Positions 1 to 13,210 of a stretch of DNA of 64,000 nucleotides are shown here, piece after piece. The stretch lies in NCBI RefSeq assembly GCF_009914755.1, contig NC_060933.1. One strand, given 5' to 3'. The translations under genes and the position numbers were made by a program. The stretch is from the human T2T-CHM13v2.0 reference genome, Homo sapiens. The notes under the pieces are model-generated. The model searched no databases, was not told the origin of the DNA, and saw only the letters and a list, made by a program, of their open reading frames with translations. Numbering within the stretch: the first letter of the stretch is position 1; each line of letters starts with the position of its first letter.

Positions 1-23
1 ACTTTAAAGTCATTTAATATAAC

Positions 24-155
24 TAGAGTGACTATATGATTTATCTTCCAAACTGGGACATTTTTGATAGCGAAATGGGGTAGAACTAATAATTATGCTA
101 GGGAAACATGTAAACTAGAACTGTCCTGGGAAAACTGAGATGCGTGGACACCCTA
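24..155. mobile_element. MER94-like hAT-Blackjack MITE
   Basis: Termini tagagtgact…/…ggacacccta match the TAGGGTGACC TIR; 132 bp; 8-bp TSD aatataac (16-23) / aatataat (156-163). Confidence 0.8.
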
Positions 156-200
156 AATATAATCCAGCCTTTCAATGAGGTTAAAAATTCACCCAATCTC

Positions 201-498
<298 letters not shown>

Positions 499-884
499 TC
501 ACCTGATCTCATCTCAGTTGGTCATCTGAACTCTTCACTACAATACCTGAGTAGGGGTACCCATGCCTGCACAAAGGAATTTATTCCATTGTTAGGTAAA
601 TTTAGATTATTTTAGTTGTGAGAATGTTCTTTCTGCCATTGCCATGGTATTTGCAAAACATTCCCTTAACTTCATGCTGCCACTTTGGACAACCCAGTAC
701 AAGTGGGCTCCCTCTTGTTGGTGTTACTGCTGAAAGGACTGAGTGATTTTCTCTGTTAGGCTGAGTTCCTCAAAGCTACTTGCCTGTGTCTCCCACTCTG
801 TGTCTCTCCCCACTAGTGAATGATTGACTCAACTGATAGACGAGTCCCTCTACAAACAATCTGAGTCTTACGAAATGTCCTAAT

Positions 885-1075
885 TAGGACTATTGGAAGA
901 CATCTAGTCCAACCTCTAATCCAGTGTTCTCATCCAAAGGAAATCAGAATTTTCTCTAAGACACCCCTTCCAAGCTGTTGTCTATTCTGTCTTTAAACAT
1001 TTCCAATCAATGGGAAATTTACTGCTTTCAGAGGTAGACTATTCCATCTTTGCCCAACTCATGACTGAAGAATGT
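885..1075 (-). mobile_element. L3/CR1 3' fragment
   Basis: catctagtccaacc…gggaaatttactgctttcagaggtagactattccatc resembles the antisense CR1 3' end. Confidence 0.5.
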
Positions 1076-1794
1076 CCTGCCAAAGTGCTTCAAAGTTTCA
1101 TGATACACTCTATGGGAAATTTTGTGATAGGAATTTTGATCTTAGGATTTTGGAGTCAGTCATAAGAGGAAATCCACGTTTAGGAAATATACATACATTT
1201 AGAGTGAATCATTATTGCTTTAATTTATTCAAAAATATTTGTTGACCATGCATTACTTTTCAGAGATTAACCAGGTATGCTGCTGAGTCCCAAGAAAATT
1301 GTCATCAAGCGAGAGATGATAAAATTATATGATAGCCCTTATAACATTTTATTTTTATTCACTTATAAAACTTACATAGGCATAAAAAAAGGGAGACCAA
1401 TTCAATGTTGGCAGGACAGGAGAGACTCCTCAAAGGAAGTAGTAGATGAATAGATGAACAGTATTTCTCTAGACAAAGAAGATGGAGAAAGCCACCCAAC
1501 AGAGAGTACAAGATGTGCAGATATAAGCGTCTCAAATTAGATGACCCAACAGTTCTCAGAATTGATTCCACTATTGATTTTCAGATTAAGTGACTGGGCT
1601 ATTTTTATATTCAAGAATGAGATTCTTAAATTTGTTAACACTGTATCTTACAGTGTGAATGAAGCTGACTTGGCGATTCTTAAAGTCTTCCATGAATGTA
1701 TTCTTGGAAGTCTTTGTTCTCGTACTTGAAGTATAAGGGATATGGACTAGGTAATCTCAAGATTCTGTTATAACTGGAAAATTCTATTAGTTAC

Positions 1795-1980
1795 ATGGGT
1801 GCAGCAGTAAAAAATTCCTAGACTGGGAGGCTGAGAGCTCTCCTGTGTCCAAACTTCACTATGAATTAGCTATTGCAACTGAGAAAAGTCCTTCTTCTCT
1901 GTAAGAATTTCCTCTTTGTAAAATTAGGACCATACAAAGTAATTGTTAAAGTTCTTCCTGGACTTTCTATTTTATGATAT
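1795..1980 (+). mobile_element. MIR3-like SINE
   Basis: tRNA-like head (tagactgggaggctgagag), core (tttcctctttgtaaaatt) and L3-derived tail. Confidence 0.5.
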
Positions 1981-2361
1981 TATCTCCTTCCTTTCTTTGA
2001 GTTTGCTCTATATCCTTTGTAAGGAAACTATCTTCCTTTCTTTCCTTGTGTATTGTGTAATGTCCATGTTAAGAATTGGGAACTGGCTTTGCCTGAGCTT
2101 GAGGGTGACCAATGGTCAATTCCATTGATTAGAGGGAGCTGAGGGTGAAGGGGAACAGAAAAGGGTTAGGGAAGTTAGAGACTGCCATGTATCTCAGCGC
2201 AGCAATTTGAATAGGAAGTATGAAGCCTATAAGAGATACAGGGTGAGACTTAGCATTTTACTACATTTTTAGTATCCTCAGCTCTGGAAGAATAATTCCC
2301 AGATTCCCAGAATTAACTCATAACTTCCTTTTCTCAGTATTTCAAAGAGTATCAAATTTGT

Positions 2362-3170
2362 TTTTTTAATTATGAAACATACTTTTAATTTTAAACATAC
2401 TGAGAACTATAGAAAACAGTATACAGACACCAGTGTACCTACCACCCAAATTTAATATTTTTTGTCTACATATGAGCTTCAAATCATTTTTCTTATAAGA
2501 AAATATTGCATTACAAATGTAACTGAAGCCCTAGAACACTCCTCCGAATTCCCTCCTCCCCAGGGGTAAATACTGTCCTGAAGTTGACATATGTCATTCT
2601 AGTGCATACGTTTTTTACTTCCACACGTTTATTCTTAAAATATACATGTATAGTGCTATATTGTGCCTTTCAAAATTTCACATAACTGGTATTATTATCT
2701 CTCTGTCTTTTTTTTTTTTTTTTAAGGCAGGGTTTCACTCTGTTGCTCAGGCTGGAGTGCAGTGGTGCAACCATGGCTCACTGCAACCTCAACCTCCCAA
2801 GGCTCAGGTGATCTTCCCACCTCAGCTTCCTGAGTTTCTGGAACTACAGGATTGCGTCACCATGCCTGGCTAGTTTTTCTGTTTTGGTAGAGATGGGTGT
2901 TGCCATGCTGCCCAGGCTTGTCTCGAACTCCTAGGCTCAAGCAATCCACCTGCCTTGGCCTCCCAAAGTGCTGGGATTACAGGCCTGAGCCACTATGCCT
3001 GGCCATAATGGGTATTATTCTCTATGAATCCTTGTGTGACTTTTTTTCAGCTGACACTATTTTTTAAATATTTGCCCATGTTGATACTTGTAATTGACTC
3101 AACATCACATTGATGTAGCATTCCACTGTATAAATTAACCTTCTCTCTTCTTTATTCCCTATTGAGGGCT
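2362..3170 (-). mobile_element. L1ME-type 3' end, split by AluJ
   Basis: gtgtacctaccacccaaattt…cctccccaggggtaaatactgtcctgaagttg, typical old L1M 3' UTR antisense. Confidence 0.6.
2708..3004 (-). mobile_element. AluJ
   Basis: Poly(T) then antisense Alu with J diagnostics (gggtttcactctg, ctcctaggctcaagcaatcc); TSD ataactggtattatt / ataatgggtattatt. Confidence 0.93.
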
Positions 3171-3449
3171 GTTTTTCTTTTAAAAAATAAAAAATCTGGG
3201 AAGAAGAACCCAAGTTTAAGGACCTTTTCTTTGTGCCTTTGTTATATCCTAGCTATGTATGGGCCTTTTGTCGCATTTATCCTGTTGTTTTCTCATAATT
3301 AATTATCTTTTTTCCTGAATAGACTAAAAATGCATAAAAGCAGTTTCAACTCATTCATGCGTGCATACATTCAAGAAGCATTTAATTACAGTTATATTTT
3401 GCTGAATACTTCCAGAATAAAGAGAGATAGCCTGGATTAAAAGTCTTGA

Positions 3450-3722
3450 ACTGGAGGTGCACGAGCTAGATTCACCACACAAAGTAGTCTTACTTTGTTT
3501 ATAACTAAGCTAACCTTGAAAAATGGAAAAACCACATAAAAATCTGAGGTTCTGACTTCTCTTGAAAAAGTGCAATACCACCTTACACTGTTCTTTGTTG
3601 AAAACTGAGTGGAGCTGTATAGTGGCTGTGCCCTTTAGATGGGGCAAGCATTCTTACTTGGCCCACTTCCCTCATTTGTAGTGTCTGTTTGCGCCTCGTA
3701 GCCCTTCAAGTTGGTCATTCTT
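3450..3722. mobile_element. MER102-like hAT-Charlie DNA transposon
   Basis: ttctgacttctcttgaaaaa…ggagctgtatagtggctgtgccctttagatggggc matches recalled MER102 consensus. Confidence 0.65.
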
Positions 3723-3849
3723 CACATAGACGAAGATGGGGGAGCCACGGCTGAGATCATATATATTGAGGCAGAGCATAAGGCTAAGAAATGGAGCTGT
3801 CTAACCAGTAAGGTGAAGTGTTGGAGTACTGACAATCTATTTAGCACAC

Positions 3850-4760
3850 AAGTAGTGTTTTGTTTAATCTCCCTTAACAGTTGTGTTTGTCATTTTATCT
3901 TTGTATTTTACTCAGTTTTTGTGTCTTGTGAAGTATTTGATCCATGATATAATGTTAGTGTCTGCCATAACTTCATTATATGTTTTGACAATTCTAAATG
4001 GTCTCATTTATCTCATGCAATACTTTTCCCTCCAATTCTACCCTCTTAAATATCAACAATATCCATTTTCTTCCTTTCTTCATTGGATTTGCATGATGAT
4101 TCTTTGCTCATCTTTTTTTCATAACTTTTTAGTGTCATTTTGTTTTATATGTCTCCCATATATGATACAGTTTTGGTTTGGAGATATTTATCTTTTGATA
4201 GAGAAACATAACCATGTTATACTTATTATCTTTGTGTTTTAAGAAGAAAATTTAAGCAAATGATATTTAATTTAATTTGTGTTGCATACCTTGTCTTGTT
4301 TTATGTTTTCTGATTTTGGTGCTTGCTCATTTTTTTCATGCATTTTCGGTTGACTTAATTTTACTGTGTGATTACACTCTTATGGTTAGTTTAGTTTTTT
4401 AAGCAGTGGTCAGGATACAAAATAATTCGGATTCTCAGTGTATTAGAAATTGATTTCAGACTTATAAAATTCATAATTAACTGTGCATTTCCTTGCCAAA
4501 GTCAAAGACAGACTAACTTCATTTGGTCTATCCATGCCCAAGGAGCAACTTAGCATGTCTTTATGCCCCTGTTCTTCTTACTCCTCAAATCTCCTTTCTG
4601 TCAATTTAATCAGGGGTTAAAGACATCACTTATGATTATCATATCATTATTATATTCTTACAATACTAGTCATATTTTAAAGAAGGTCTGATGTCATTTG
4701 ATTCTATACATTTGATGGGTTTTCCTGCACACTTGAAGTCCTTTAAATACAATCCCCTAT
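3850..4760 (-). mobile_element. Highly diverged L1M fragment
   Basis: T-rich antisense L1-like text (tcttttgatagagaaacataaccatgttatacttattatc). Confidence 0.4.
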
Positions 4761-5154
4761 TCGTTTAGTCTTCTGTGTAAAAAAAAAAAGAGCCAAAGGG
4801 AGGAAGAGGAGTTTGTATAGCTGGCAAGGTTGTTCCAACGCAGTGCTTAGTTGGGTACCCAGTTTTCTGGTCTCTCTACCCACTTCAACTTAGAGTAAGC
4901 CCAGTGAGGATTGGTGGATTGAATGAGGTGTTTCTTAATAGCAAATCTTAATGTTTTAAAGAACAAATAATAGGAGAAAGAATCACCAAACGTGGGTGCT
5001 AGACGAAGAGGATGTGAGAAGATCTTAGAAAATAGTTTTAAAGTTTAAAGACTCAGCAATTTCCACATTTGCTCACCTATCAATTTTCAGAGATCTATCA
5101 TCTTGGGGCATTTCCTATTTAATGACTTACAAGAGACAGGATGACTGGTGGATG

Positions 5155-5360
5155 GTACTGTGGTATTACAGAGGCCTGGCTGTGGACTTTGACTCTGTCC
5201 TTTGCCAGCTATTCACTTTTAGATGGGACATATTATGTATCCGAGCCACTGATTCTTAATCTGTAAAGGGGAATAATGAAGCTCCCTTCACAGAATTAAA
5301 TGAAGCAACAAAGTACTAGGGCTGTGCCCGATATATATTAAGTCCTCGATTTTAAAATAT
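5155..5360 (+). mobile_element. MIR
   Basis: Core gagccactgattcttaatctgtaaaggggaataat and tail gaattaaatgaagc. Confidence 0.6.
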
Positions 5361-5989
5361 TACTTAGAGAGTTTTAGATTTGCTGTTTCCAGACTTGCTC
5401 TAAATAGTGCACCATAGGTTAAAAAAAAAAATCTGAATCCCAATCCACTTGATTGGCATAGAGAAGGGAGAAGACTGACAAACTGGTGTGCCTTTAGGTG
5501 TATTAGCAGGATGTTCCGAAGTTGCACACTCAGCCATTCCCTAATTCGATAACTCAGAGATTATCAGCTCTGCCTTCTTATTTACTTTTGTCTTTCTGAC
5601 TTATAATGACCTCTTTTGTAATGCAGTTTACCCATTATTTTTTCCTCTCTCTGCCATTCACAGACTCACTGATAGTGTTTCCTTTTCCTTCATCCTCATG
5701 CTGACCTATATTTCACTTCTGAGCCTTGCCTTTGCCCTCATGGGTCACGCTTTATGAAGGTCTCCTCCGTAGCTCACTAGTTAGCAGTGTTTCCTTTTTG
5801 TCCTGTCTCATAGGAGTGCATCTTGAGGTTTTTTATTCATTCTTCCTGGGCACTCTTGTCTATTCTCATGGCTTCGATGGCCATCTATCTCGACTCCCAG
5901 TTCTGTATCTTTAGTGAAGGTCTCAATCTAGATACTAGTTGTTTGTTGGATATTTCTACCCATGGATCCTGTAGAAACCTCGACCTCAT

Positions 5990-6514
5990 TACAAGGCAGG
6001 TTCACTGTGCATTGGTATCAGTCCCTGGAAAAGGACTCTAAACACCTTGGGCTGTGCCCATTTCTATCACTTGTATGTATCTGATGAGACAAAACACATA
6101 TACACAACAAATTACTTGAAGCAGGTTTATTACCTACAGATAGGCATCAAGGGATACCAGAAACCTAGGATGCATGGCAAGCTGATCACCCCAAGGCTCA
6201 AGGCTCAGGAAAGCTGCCCAGGATAAATGAAGTCTTGTCTGCATGTCCCCTACTTGCACCACAGCTGAGGGACCCTAGAAAGCATGCTCCATTCTGAGTT
6301 TTATACCCAGGGGCAACATGAAACACTGAGCTAAAGCACTGTAAGACATCCTGTTCTAGGAGAAACTGGAACAGAGCACAGGCTATTCTGGTCACTTCCT
6401 CTTCATCCCAGGAGATTGCATTCTCAGCACATTCTACAGTTGTTCTGAGAACTACAAGGGAGGAAATGAGGAGGAGCTAGGTTAGTTCAAGGTCACCTGG
6501 AGAACTCTCCTGCA
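5990..6514 (-). mobile_element. ERVL solo LTR (LTR32/LTR42-like)
   Basis: Antisense of TGCAGGAGAGTTCTCCAGGTGACCTTG…GTGAACCTGC; ctcat on both flanks; L2 host resumes in register. Confidence 0.75.
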
Positions 6515-7231
6515 ACTCATCACATTTCAAAATGAGTATATATCTGTCCCCTCAATCTGAGCTCCTCATTCTGTGCTCCCTGGCTCAGGGTACTATGGTG
6601 TTGTTCTGAATGATACCATGTTCTATCAGGGAAAATGAATCAAGAGCTGTGAAGTTCATTCTAGACCCCTTCTGCTTTTCCTTAAGTTTGAGAGGAAAAG
6701 ACTTTTGAAATCCGACTTCAAGTAGCACCAAGTCCATCACACTGTCTTTATCCTCACCACTGGTGACTTTCTTCTCTCCCTTCCTATTTGTGGATGAATG
6801 CTACAGGCCCTTTGCTTTCCAGTTCACTGTCTTCTGATATGCTTTATCTTCTAGGAGGTGGATCATTTCAAAATTCAAGTTTTCTTATGTTACTTCTTCT
6901 AGCTTTGAAACTCAACAATTTCTTCTCTTAACCTTTAGGATAAATCCCCAAATCCAAAGCCTAGCAAATAAAGCCTTTTGTTACCTGACCACTGCCTCCT
7001 TCTCCTGTTTCACCTCTCCTCATCCTCTTGTGTCCTCTCTGGGTTCCACCCATGCCAAAATATATGCCCTTCCTTGGAGACTCCACACTTTTCCTTGCTA
7101 CTTCACCTTTAAAAATGTCATTCTCTTTGGCTGGAATACCCTCTCCTCTCTTTATCATTAGGTTAATTCCATCTTATTTTTTATGACCAAGCTCAAGTGT
7201 TACCTCCTCTGAAAAGCCCTCTGTGAACGCT

Positions 7232-7510
7232 TGTGGCATATGTTAATTAGTTAGGCAGATATTAGGACTCTGAGCAGAAGTGACAGTGTGACTTATGGAC
7301 CAACACTGTTAGTAGTCAATGTGCTGCTTCCATTCCTCTCTTTCTCTGCCATGAAACCTTGGAGTCCACACATTACAAATGGCATAGCTACAGGAAGGCT
7401 GCCCAACATGCATCAGCCTCAAACGAGAGAGCAATAACCCTTGTTAAGCCCCTTAGGCTTCAGAGTTGATTTGTTACCACAGCAAAGCAAAGTCATGCTG
7501 AATAGTATCA
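7232..7510 (+). mobile_element. Old MLT1 (H/I/J-like) MaLR LTR
   Basis: tg…ca ends; tgagcagaagtgaca; ttaagccccttaggcttcagagttgatttgttaccacagc 3' motif. Confidence 0.6.
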
Positions 7511-7915
7511 CCTCCCACTAAAATGAATAGAGGACCTTTCCTTTTTGCCTCCCCAGCCTGTCTCCACTGCAATCGTTGAGTTATTACTCTGTCTTCTTTG
7601 CTAGACTATGGGTGTCTTAAGGAAAAAGATTGCTTTTTATCTCTGTGGACTCACTGCAATGCAATGCTAATGCACACTAGGAACTCAAGAAATACTTGCT
7701 GGATTGAATTGCATTTTGATTCTTTCCTAACCATAGACAGGGCAGCCATTATGATATCCATCTTCAGAGGGATTCAGAAGTGCAAGATGACTCTGCCTAA
7801 GGTCACTCAATCCACTAGACGTCAAATATGCTCCTCATATGCTCAGCTCTTGTGGTTTGTGAGGCTACCAAAGATGAAGCTTGGGTCAGTTAAAACTTTT
7901 TGTCTTCTCTCACCT

Positions 7916-8366
7916 TTATCAACCAGGGTCCCAGAGAAAACAGATGGCATCTTTGTGTGGGGATTGTGAAAAAATTTTTAGATGAAAGAATGATTTAGAG
8001 AAGAGTGGGTAGGTATAAAAGAACCCAACAAGGAATATTGAGGCACCCAGGCACTAACATGAAGAATAAGTAGAAATGGTGTTCCTGGAGCCCAGTTGAG
8101 AGCTGTAGCCAAGGAAGACTATGGCAGAAGCTACAGTCATAGAAGAATATGGTGACTAGTATAACTGCAACAAATCCAGAAGGAGTGCAATTACCAACAC
8201 CACTCTCCTTCTGCTATTGGGCTCTTCTGCTCGTGTTTCCATGTTGGTCAAACCCAAATGAAGCCCAAGAGTAATGGAGTCCAGGTGATGCAGTCTCTAG
8301 AGGTCATCCTCTCAGAGAAGGGATGTCAATCATTCAGGGAAGAGAGGATGAAGAATAACCAGCATA
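7916..8366 (-). mobile_element. LTR33-family ERVL solo LTR
   Basis: cagggtcccagagaaaacagatggca…ttggtcaaacccaaatgaagcc…ccaggtgatgcagtc. Confidence 0.65.
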
Positions 8367-8469
8367 TACCCTCAAATCAGCACCTGAGACTTGGTGAAGA
8401 TTTCCCTTCCAAGCAGGCTTCTAGTGAAGTGTAGAAGGTAAGGTGAAAACTCAGTTCATTTTAGCACTG

Positions 8470-8705
8470 GCCTTTAACTCATCCTTCAAGGCCAATCTGA
8501 TAAATCACATCCTCCAGAAAACCTTCTCTAGACCCTTCTCTATGTCCCCTTATCTTCCAGTGCCTAACTCTTTCACAACACTTAACAAATTTCGCTGAAG
8601 TTATATCTATGTGTCTCTCTCCCTCACTGGACTGTAAGCTCCTTGAGGATAGGGATTATATATTACACACCTTTGCATCTAACATAGTGTCAGGCATCTA
8701 AAATT
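8470..8705 (+). mobile_element. L2 3' fragment
   Basis: actcatccttcaaggcc; ctggactgtaagctccttgaggataggga. Confidence 0.7.
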
Positions 8706-9119
8706 GCCCACTTTGTACCAGAGATTTCTTATTCAACAGTATACATTTTCCACCAAGTTCTTAGTCTTCAAACTGCAAACTTTCCCTTGCATGGCACTGA
8801 GCATGCCTATGGCCCAGTGAAAACTGAAAAACAGTGGTTCATAACACAGGGATACAAAATCAACATGATGAATGTAATTGAATTTCTGGTCCATTGAGGG
8901 AAAACATGAAATTATACAACTGCTTCATGCATTATATTGACCAGACATCTCAGCCAGATCACTGAACAGCAGCATGAGGCAGGCATGGTTCTGCTTGTAA
9001 TGCCTGTGGGCACTTGTAGTCTGTGACTAACCCCCCATACAGATAGGTAAGCTGAGGATAAAGAGATAACTTAAATTTTTCTTTCAGATTTGCTTAGTTA
9101 CACAGTGTCTTTTTATTTG

Positions 9120-9310
9120 TAGGTAGTGCGGGAATAGTGCAAAGCCCCTGACCCTAAAGATTAACGTGATTTGAGGTTAAATTGTAGCAAGTCACTTTGT
9201 GAGCTTGGACTAGTTTCTGACCCTTTCTGAGCCTCAGTTCCACATGGAGTTGTGAGGATTAAATTGAGCAACTTTTTGTAAAGTACAGGGTTCAGTGTAG
9301 GCACTTGCTG
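9120..9310 (+). mobile_element. MIR
   Basis: ttctgagcctcagttcc…gttgtgaggattaaattgag. Confidence 0.7.
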
Positions 9311-10318
9311 TGAATTTGTTCCTTTTGCTTTATATTATGGTGCCATACTTGTGGACCAAAGATGAGAAATGAGAGCCTGCCTTCCATCCTACACAGACAA
9401 CGGTGGAAATTTAGTTATGGAGCTGTATAGGTAGATATAAGATAAGATACCAAAGGGAAATAAAATCCTTGGAATATGATTAACAAAACAAATATCTGAA
9501 TTGCTTGAACCACAACAACTGGATCAGGTCTAAATCTTCTTTGCATTGATGTGCAAATACAAGCTGTCTTTGAATCAGGGACGGGGTCTGGGGGGCAGTG
9601 GGTGCACCTATCCTCTCACCCAAATTTCCTGTGCTCTTCGTTTCATTATAGCCCTTCAGTGCCCTTCTCGGGGCTGTCAAAACTTATTTCCAATCACCTC
9701 TTCTTCTTTACAACCAACGCTCACCACAACCACACAACACGGTGAATAAAGCTGATGTAGAAGGGAGGTACAAAATCTTCCAAACAAAATGAGGAATGGG
9801 AAACAACTTTGTCTCCGTTCTCTGCTGTCAATTCTTGCTGAGTGTCAGAACACAGTCCCATAGTAGACAATGCCATCTTGTGGTTCTTGTGAAAATCATT
9901 CCTTGGAAAATTCAAGAAGGTCATTGTTTAAATTTCACCACTAGCGTTCCTTCCTATCATATTTGTACAGATTAAATCATCATCCCCTGAGGCTTCACCT
10001 AACAAAAACAAGAGCCAGATTATTGATAAATGAGAAGGTCACTTTAAAATGGGAAAATCCCACTACTCTGTTTTTAAAGAGTCTTAGCACATTTATGCTT
10101 TCGACTGAAAGATAGAGGCAGGCTGGCTTGGTGGTTTGTTTTCCTTGGGAAGCAGTCACATATAATTTTTTATAATAACATAGCCTGGAATACCAATTCC
10201 CATGCCACACTGTCATCCTGCATGTCAGCACTTTGAGTATTGAATCCTGTGCAGAAAGCCCTCATCCGCACTTGTCCGAGAATGTTTCCTCTGGGTTAAA
10301 ACCCGCACATAAAGGTTT

Positions 10319-10336
10319 CAGCAGCAGCAGCAGCAG
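10319..10336 (+). repeat. (CAG)6 trinucleotide tract
   Basis: Direct reading. Confidence 0.9.
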
Positions 10337-11369
10337 CTGTTTGGGCCACTTTCTGGAGTTATGTGAGTACTGTGGGTTCAGTTATATTTCCTTGGAACAT
10401 AAAAATAGGAGGTTTTGGTTTGTTACCTTTGAAACCTCAGGGAAATCAAAACCAGAGCTCATTTTGGATGCTGAAGCGATTAATCCATACTGCCCTCTGA
10501 GCTGAAGTAATGATTTGATGCACTGGAATAGTTTCTGCAGCAACGTTCTGTCTCTCTTCTGTTTGTAAGTGATCAGAAACAGCATTTAAAAAAATCCCAC
10601 AGTAGGACACAGAGTATTCTTATATATAATAAGCATACCAATTAATGGGGTTTTCTTTTTTTTGTTTATAACCCAATTCCAGTGGAATCTATTAAAAGCA
10701 AATGTATATAAAATGTGGTTTTAAATTATTAATATTACAGTTTAATTTGTCATATAGTATTAAAACACTTTGGTAACGTTTATGGGAAAAAATAGACTAT
10801 GTTTTGTAAGACAACTTGCCCTTTTAAGACCTCAAATATTCTCATAAAATTAACTTATTTTTTCAGTCAACAGATTTTTTTGAGGACCTACTAAGTCCCA
10901 GATACTCTGTGAGGGGTTGGGTACCAGAAAATAGTAAGACATGATTCCTGCTCTGAAGGAGTTTACAGTGCAATGGGAGGAACAGAGAAATAAACAAGTA
11001 GCTACAAATGCATGTGGTTAGTTCTGTAATGGGGGGAATTGTGGGCTATATGAGCAAACATTGGAGCAACACAGCATCCAATCTTAGTAATTATAGGTTT
11101 CTAGACAAAAGTGACAAAATTAAAGATGAGAGAGTTCACTAAGTGAAGGAATGAGAAATAATATTTTGCCCAAACAGAATAGCATGGGCAAATATCTAAT
11201 ATAAATAGGGTCTTTGACTCAGAGAATGAGAAGTACTTAACTAAGGTTGAGACAAAGAATAAGGGATGGACTTGATTCACAAAAGGAGCAATTGGGCCTT
11301 CAAATTCATATCAATAACTGTTCCCAGTATCCTGAGGATGGAGGGAAGCTCTGGAAGGGTTAATAAAGC

Positions 11370-11482
11370 CAGAGGGACCAACTGTCCTTATTTTTGTGGA
11401 AATTTCACAGTTCTAGCACTGAAAGTTTTGTGTTTAAGGAAACCCCTCTATCCCAGACAAACCAGGGTTGTTGGTCACCTTA
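11370..11482. mobile_element. MER81-like hAT-Blackjack MITE
   Basis: About 113 bp; TIRs agagggaccaactgtcc / gttggtcacctta; internal tagcactgaaagt. Confidence 0.7.
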
Positions 11483-11717
11483 AATGTGCCACGACATAGT
11501 TTGGTTTTAGAAATATTATCATGGCTACAAGATGGAGACTTGATTACAGGGAGTGTGACAGAAAGGAAATCAGTTAGGAGGCTGTTGAAGTGATATGGGA
11601 GAGAAATAACTGTGGCCTGAACTAAAATAATGGTGATGGGGGATGAAGAGAAATGAAGTGATTCAACAAGAGATGCTAAGACAAAGACTAGACAGAGGTC
11701 ATATTAGACTTGTATGG

Positions 11718-12081
11718 TGTATTAGTGTGTTGTCACACTGCTATAAAGAAACTACTTGAGACTGGGCAATTCATAAACAAAAGAGATTTAAGTGACTCAC
11801 AGTTATGCACGACTGGGGAGGTCTCAAGAAATTTACAACCATGGCAGAAGGTGAAGAGGAAGCAAGGCATATCTTATATGGTGGCAGGAGAGAGAGAGAG
11901 TGAAGGAGGAAGTGCTACTTTTAAACCACCAGATCTCTTGAGAACTCACTCAGTATCACAAGAATGGCATGGGGGAAACTGCCCCATGATCCAATTACCT
12001 CCCACCAGGTCCCTCCATCGATACGTAAGGATTACAATTTCAGATGAGATTTGGGTGGAGCCACAGAGCCAAACCATATTA
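11718..12081 (-). mobile_element. THE1D LTR (3' LTR of a MaLR)
   Basis: tgtattag…cacactgctataaagaaactac…cacagagccaaaccatatta matches antisense THE1D. Confidence 0.88.
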
Positions 12082-13210
12082 TTCTGCCCTAGCCCCTCCC
12101 AAATTTCATGTCCTTTTCACATTTCATAACGTATCATGCCTTCCCAACAGTCCCCCAAAGTCTTAACTCATTCCAACATTAACTCAAAAGTCCAAGTACA
12201 AAGTCTCATCTGAGACAAGGCAAGTCCCTTCTGCCTATCAGACTGTAAAATAAAAAACAAGTTAAGTACCTCCAAGATACAATGGGGGTACAGGCATTGG
12301 GTAAATGTTCCCATTCAAAATGGAAGAAATTAGACAAAACAAAGGAGTCACAAGCCCCATGCAAGTCTGAAAGCCAACAAGGCAGTCATTAAATTTTACA
12401 GCTCCAAAATAATCTTCTTTGACTCCATGTCTCACATCTAGGGTGCACTGATGCAAGGATTGGGTTTCCAAGGCCTTGGCAGCTCTGCTCCTGTGGCTCT
12501 GCAGAGTATAGCCCTGTGGCTGTTTTCACAGACTGGCATTGAGTGTCTGAGCCTTTTCCAGGTGCACAGTGCATACTGTTGGTGGATCTACCATTCTGGA
12601 GTCTGGAGGATGGTGACCCTCTTCTCACAGATCCACTAGGTAGTGCCCCAGTGGGGACTGTACTTGGGGACTCCAACCCCACATTTCCCCTCTGCATTGC
12701 CCTAGTATAGGTTCTTCATGATGGCACCGTCCATGCAGCAGACTTCTGCCTGGACATCCAGGAGTTTCCATACTTCCTCTGAAATCTAGGCGGAGGTTCC
12801 CAAACCTCATATCTCATTTTCTGCATATCCACAGGCCCAGTACCATGTGGAAGCTGCCAAGGCTTGGGGCTTACACTCTGAAGAAATGGCCTGAGCTGTA
12901 CATTGGCCTTGTTGGGCCCCTTTTAGCCACAGTCTCTTGAATGCTTTGCTGCTTAGAATTTTTTTCTGCCGGATACCCTAAATCATCTTTCTTGAGTTCA
13001 AAGTTCCACAGATCTCTAGGGCAGGGGCAAAATGCCACCCATCTCTTTGTTAAAGCATAGCGAGAATGACTTTGCTCTAGTTCCTAATAAATGCCTCATC
13101 TCCATCTGAGACTACCTCAGTCTGCCCTTCATTGTCCATATCACTATCATCATTTTGGTCAAAACCATTCAAGTCTCTAGGAAATTCCAAACTTTCCCAC
13201 ATCTTCCTGT
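12082..13210 (-). mobile_element. THE1-int MaLR internal region, truncated near its 5' end, with an internal deletion near 12930
   Basis: caaagtctcatctgagacaaggcaagtccc; ORF track 12389-12697 gives typical THE1 ORF text (GNVGLESP..VPTGALPSG). Confidence 0.9.

Larger units (their letters stand above)
5690..7712 (+). mobile_element. L2 (L2c-like) ORF2/3' end, interrupted by two LTRs
   Basis: ctcatggcttcgatggccatcta…ggatatttctacc; caagctcaagtgttacctcctctgaaaagccct; ends aaatacttgctggattgaattg. Confidence 0.7.

Noticed and set aside
10233-10505. ORF with poly-Ser / CAG tract as a triplet-repeat gene exon
   Set aside because: Only six CAG units, a non-ATG start and no homology.
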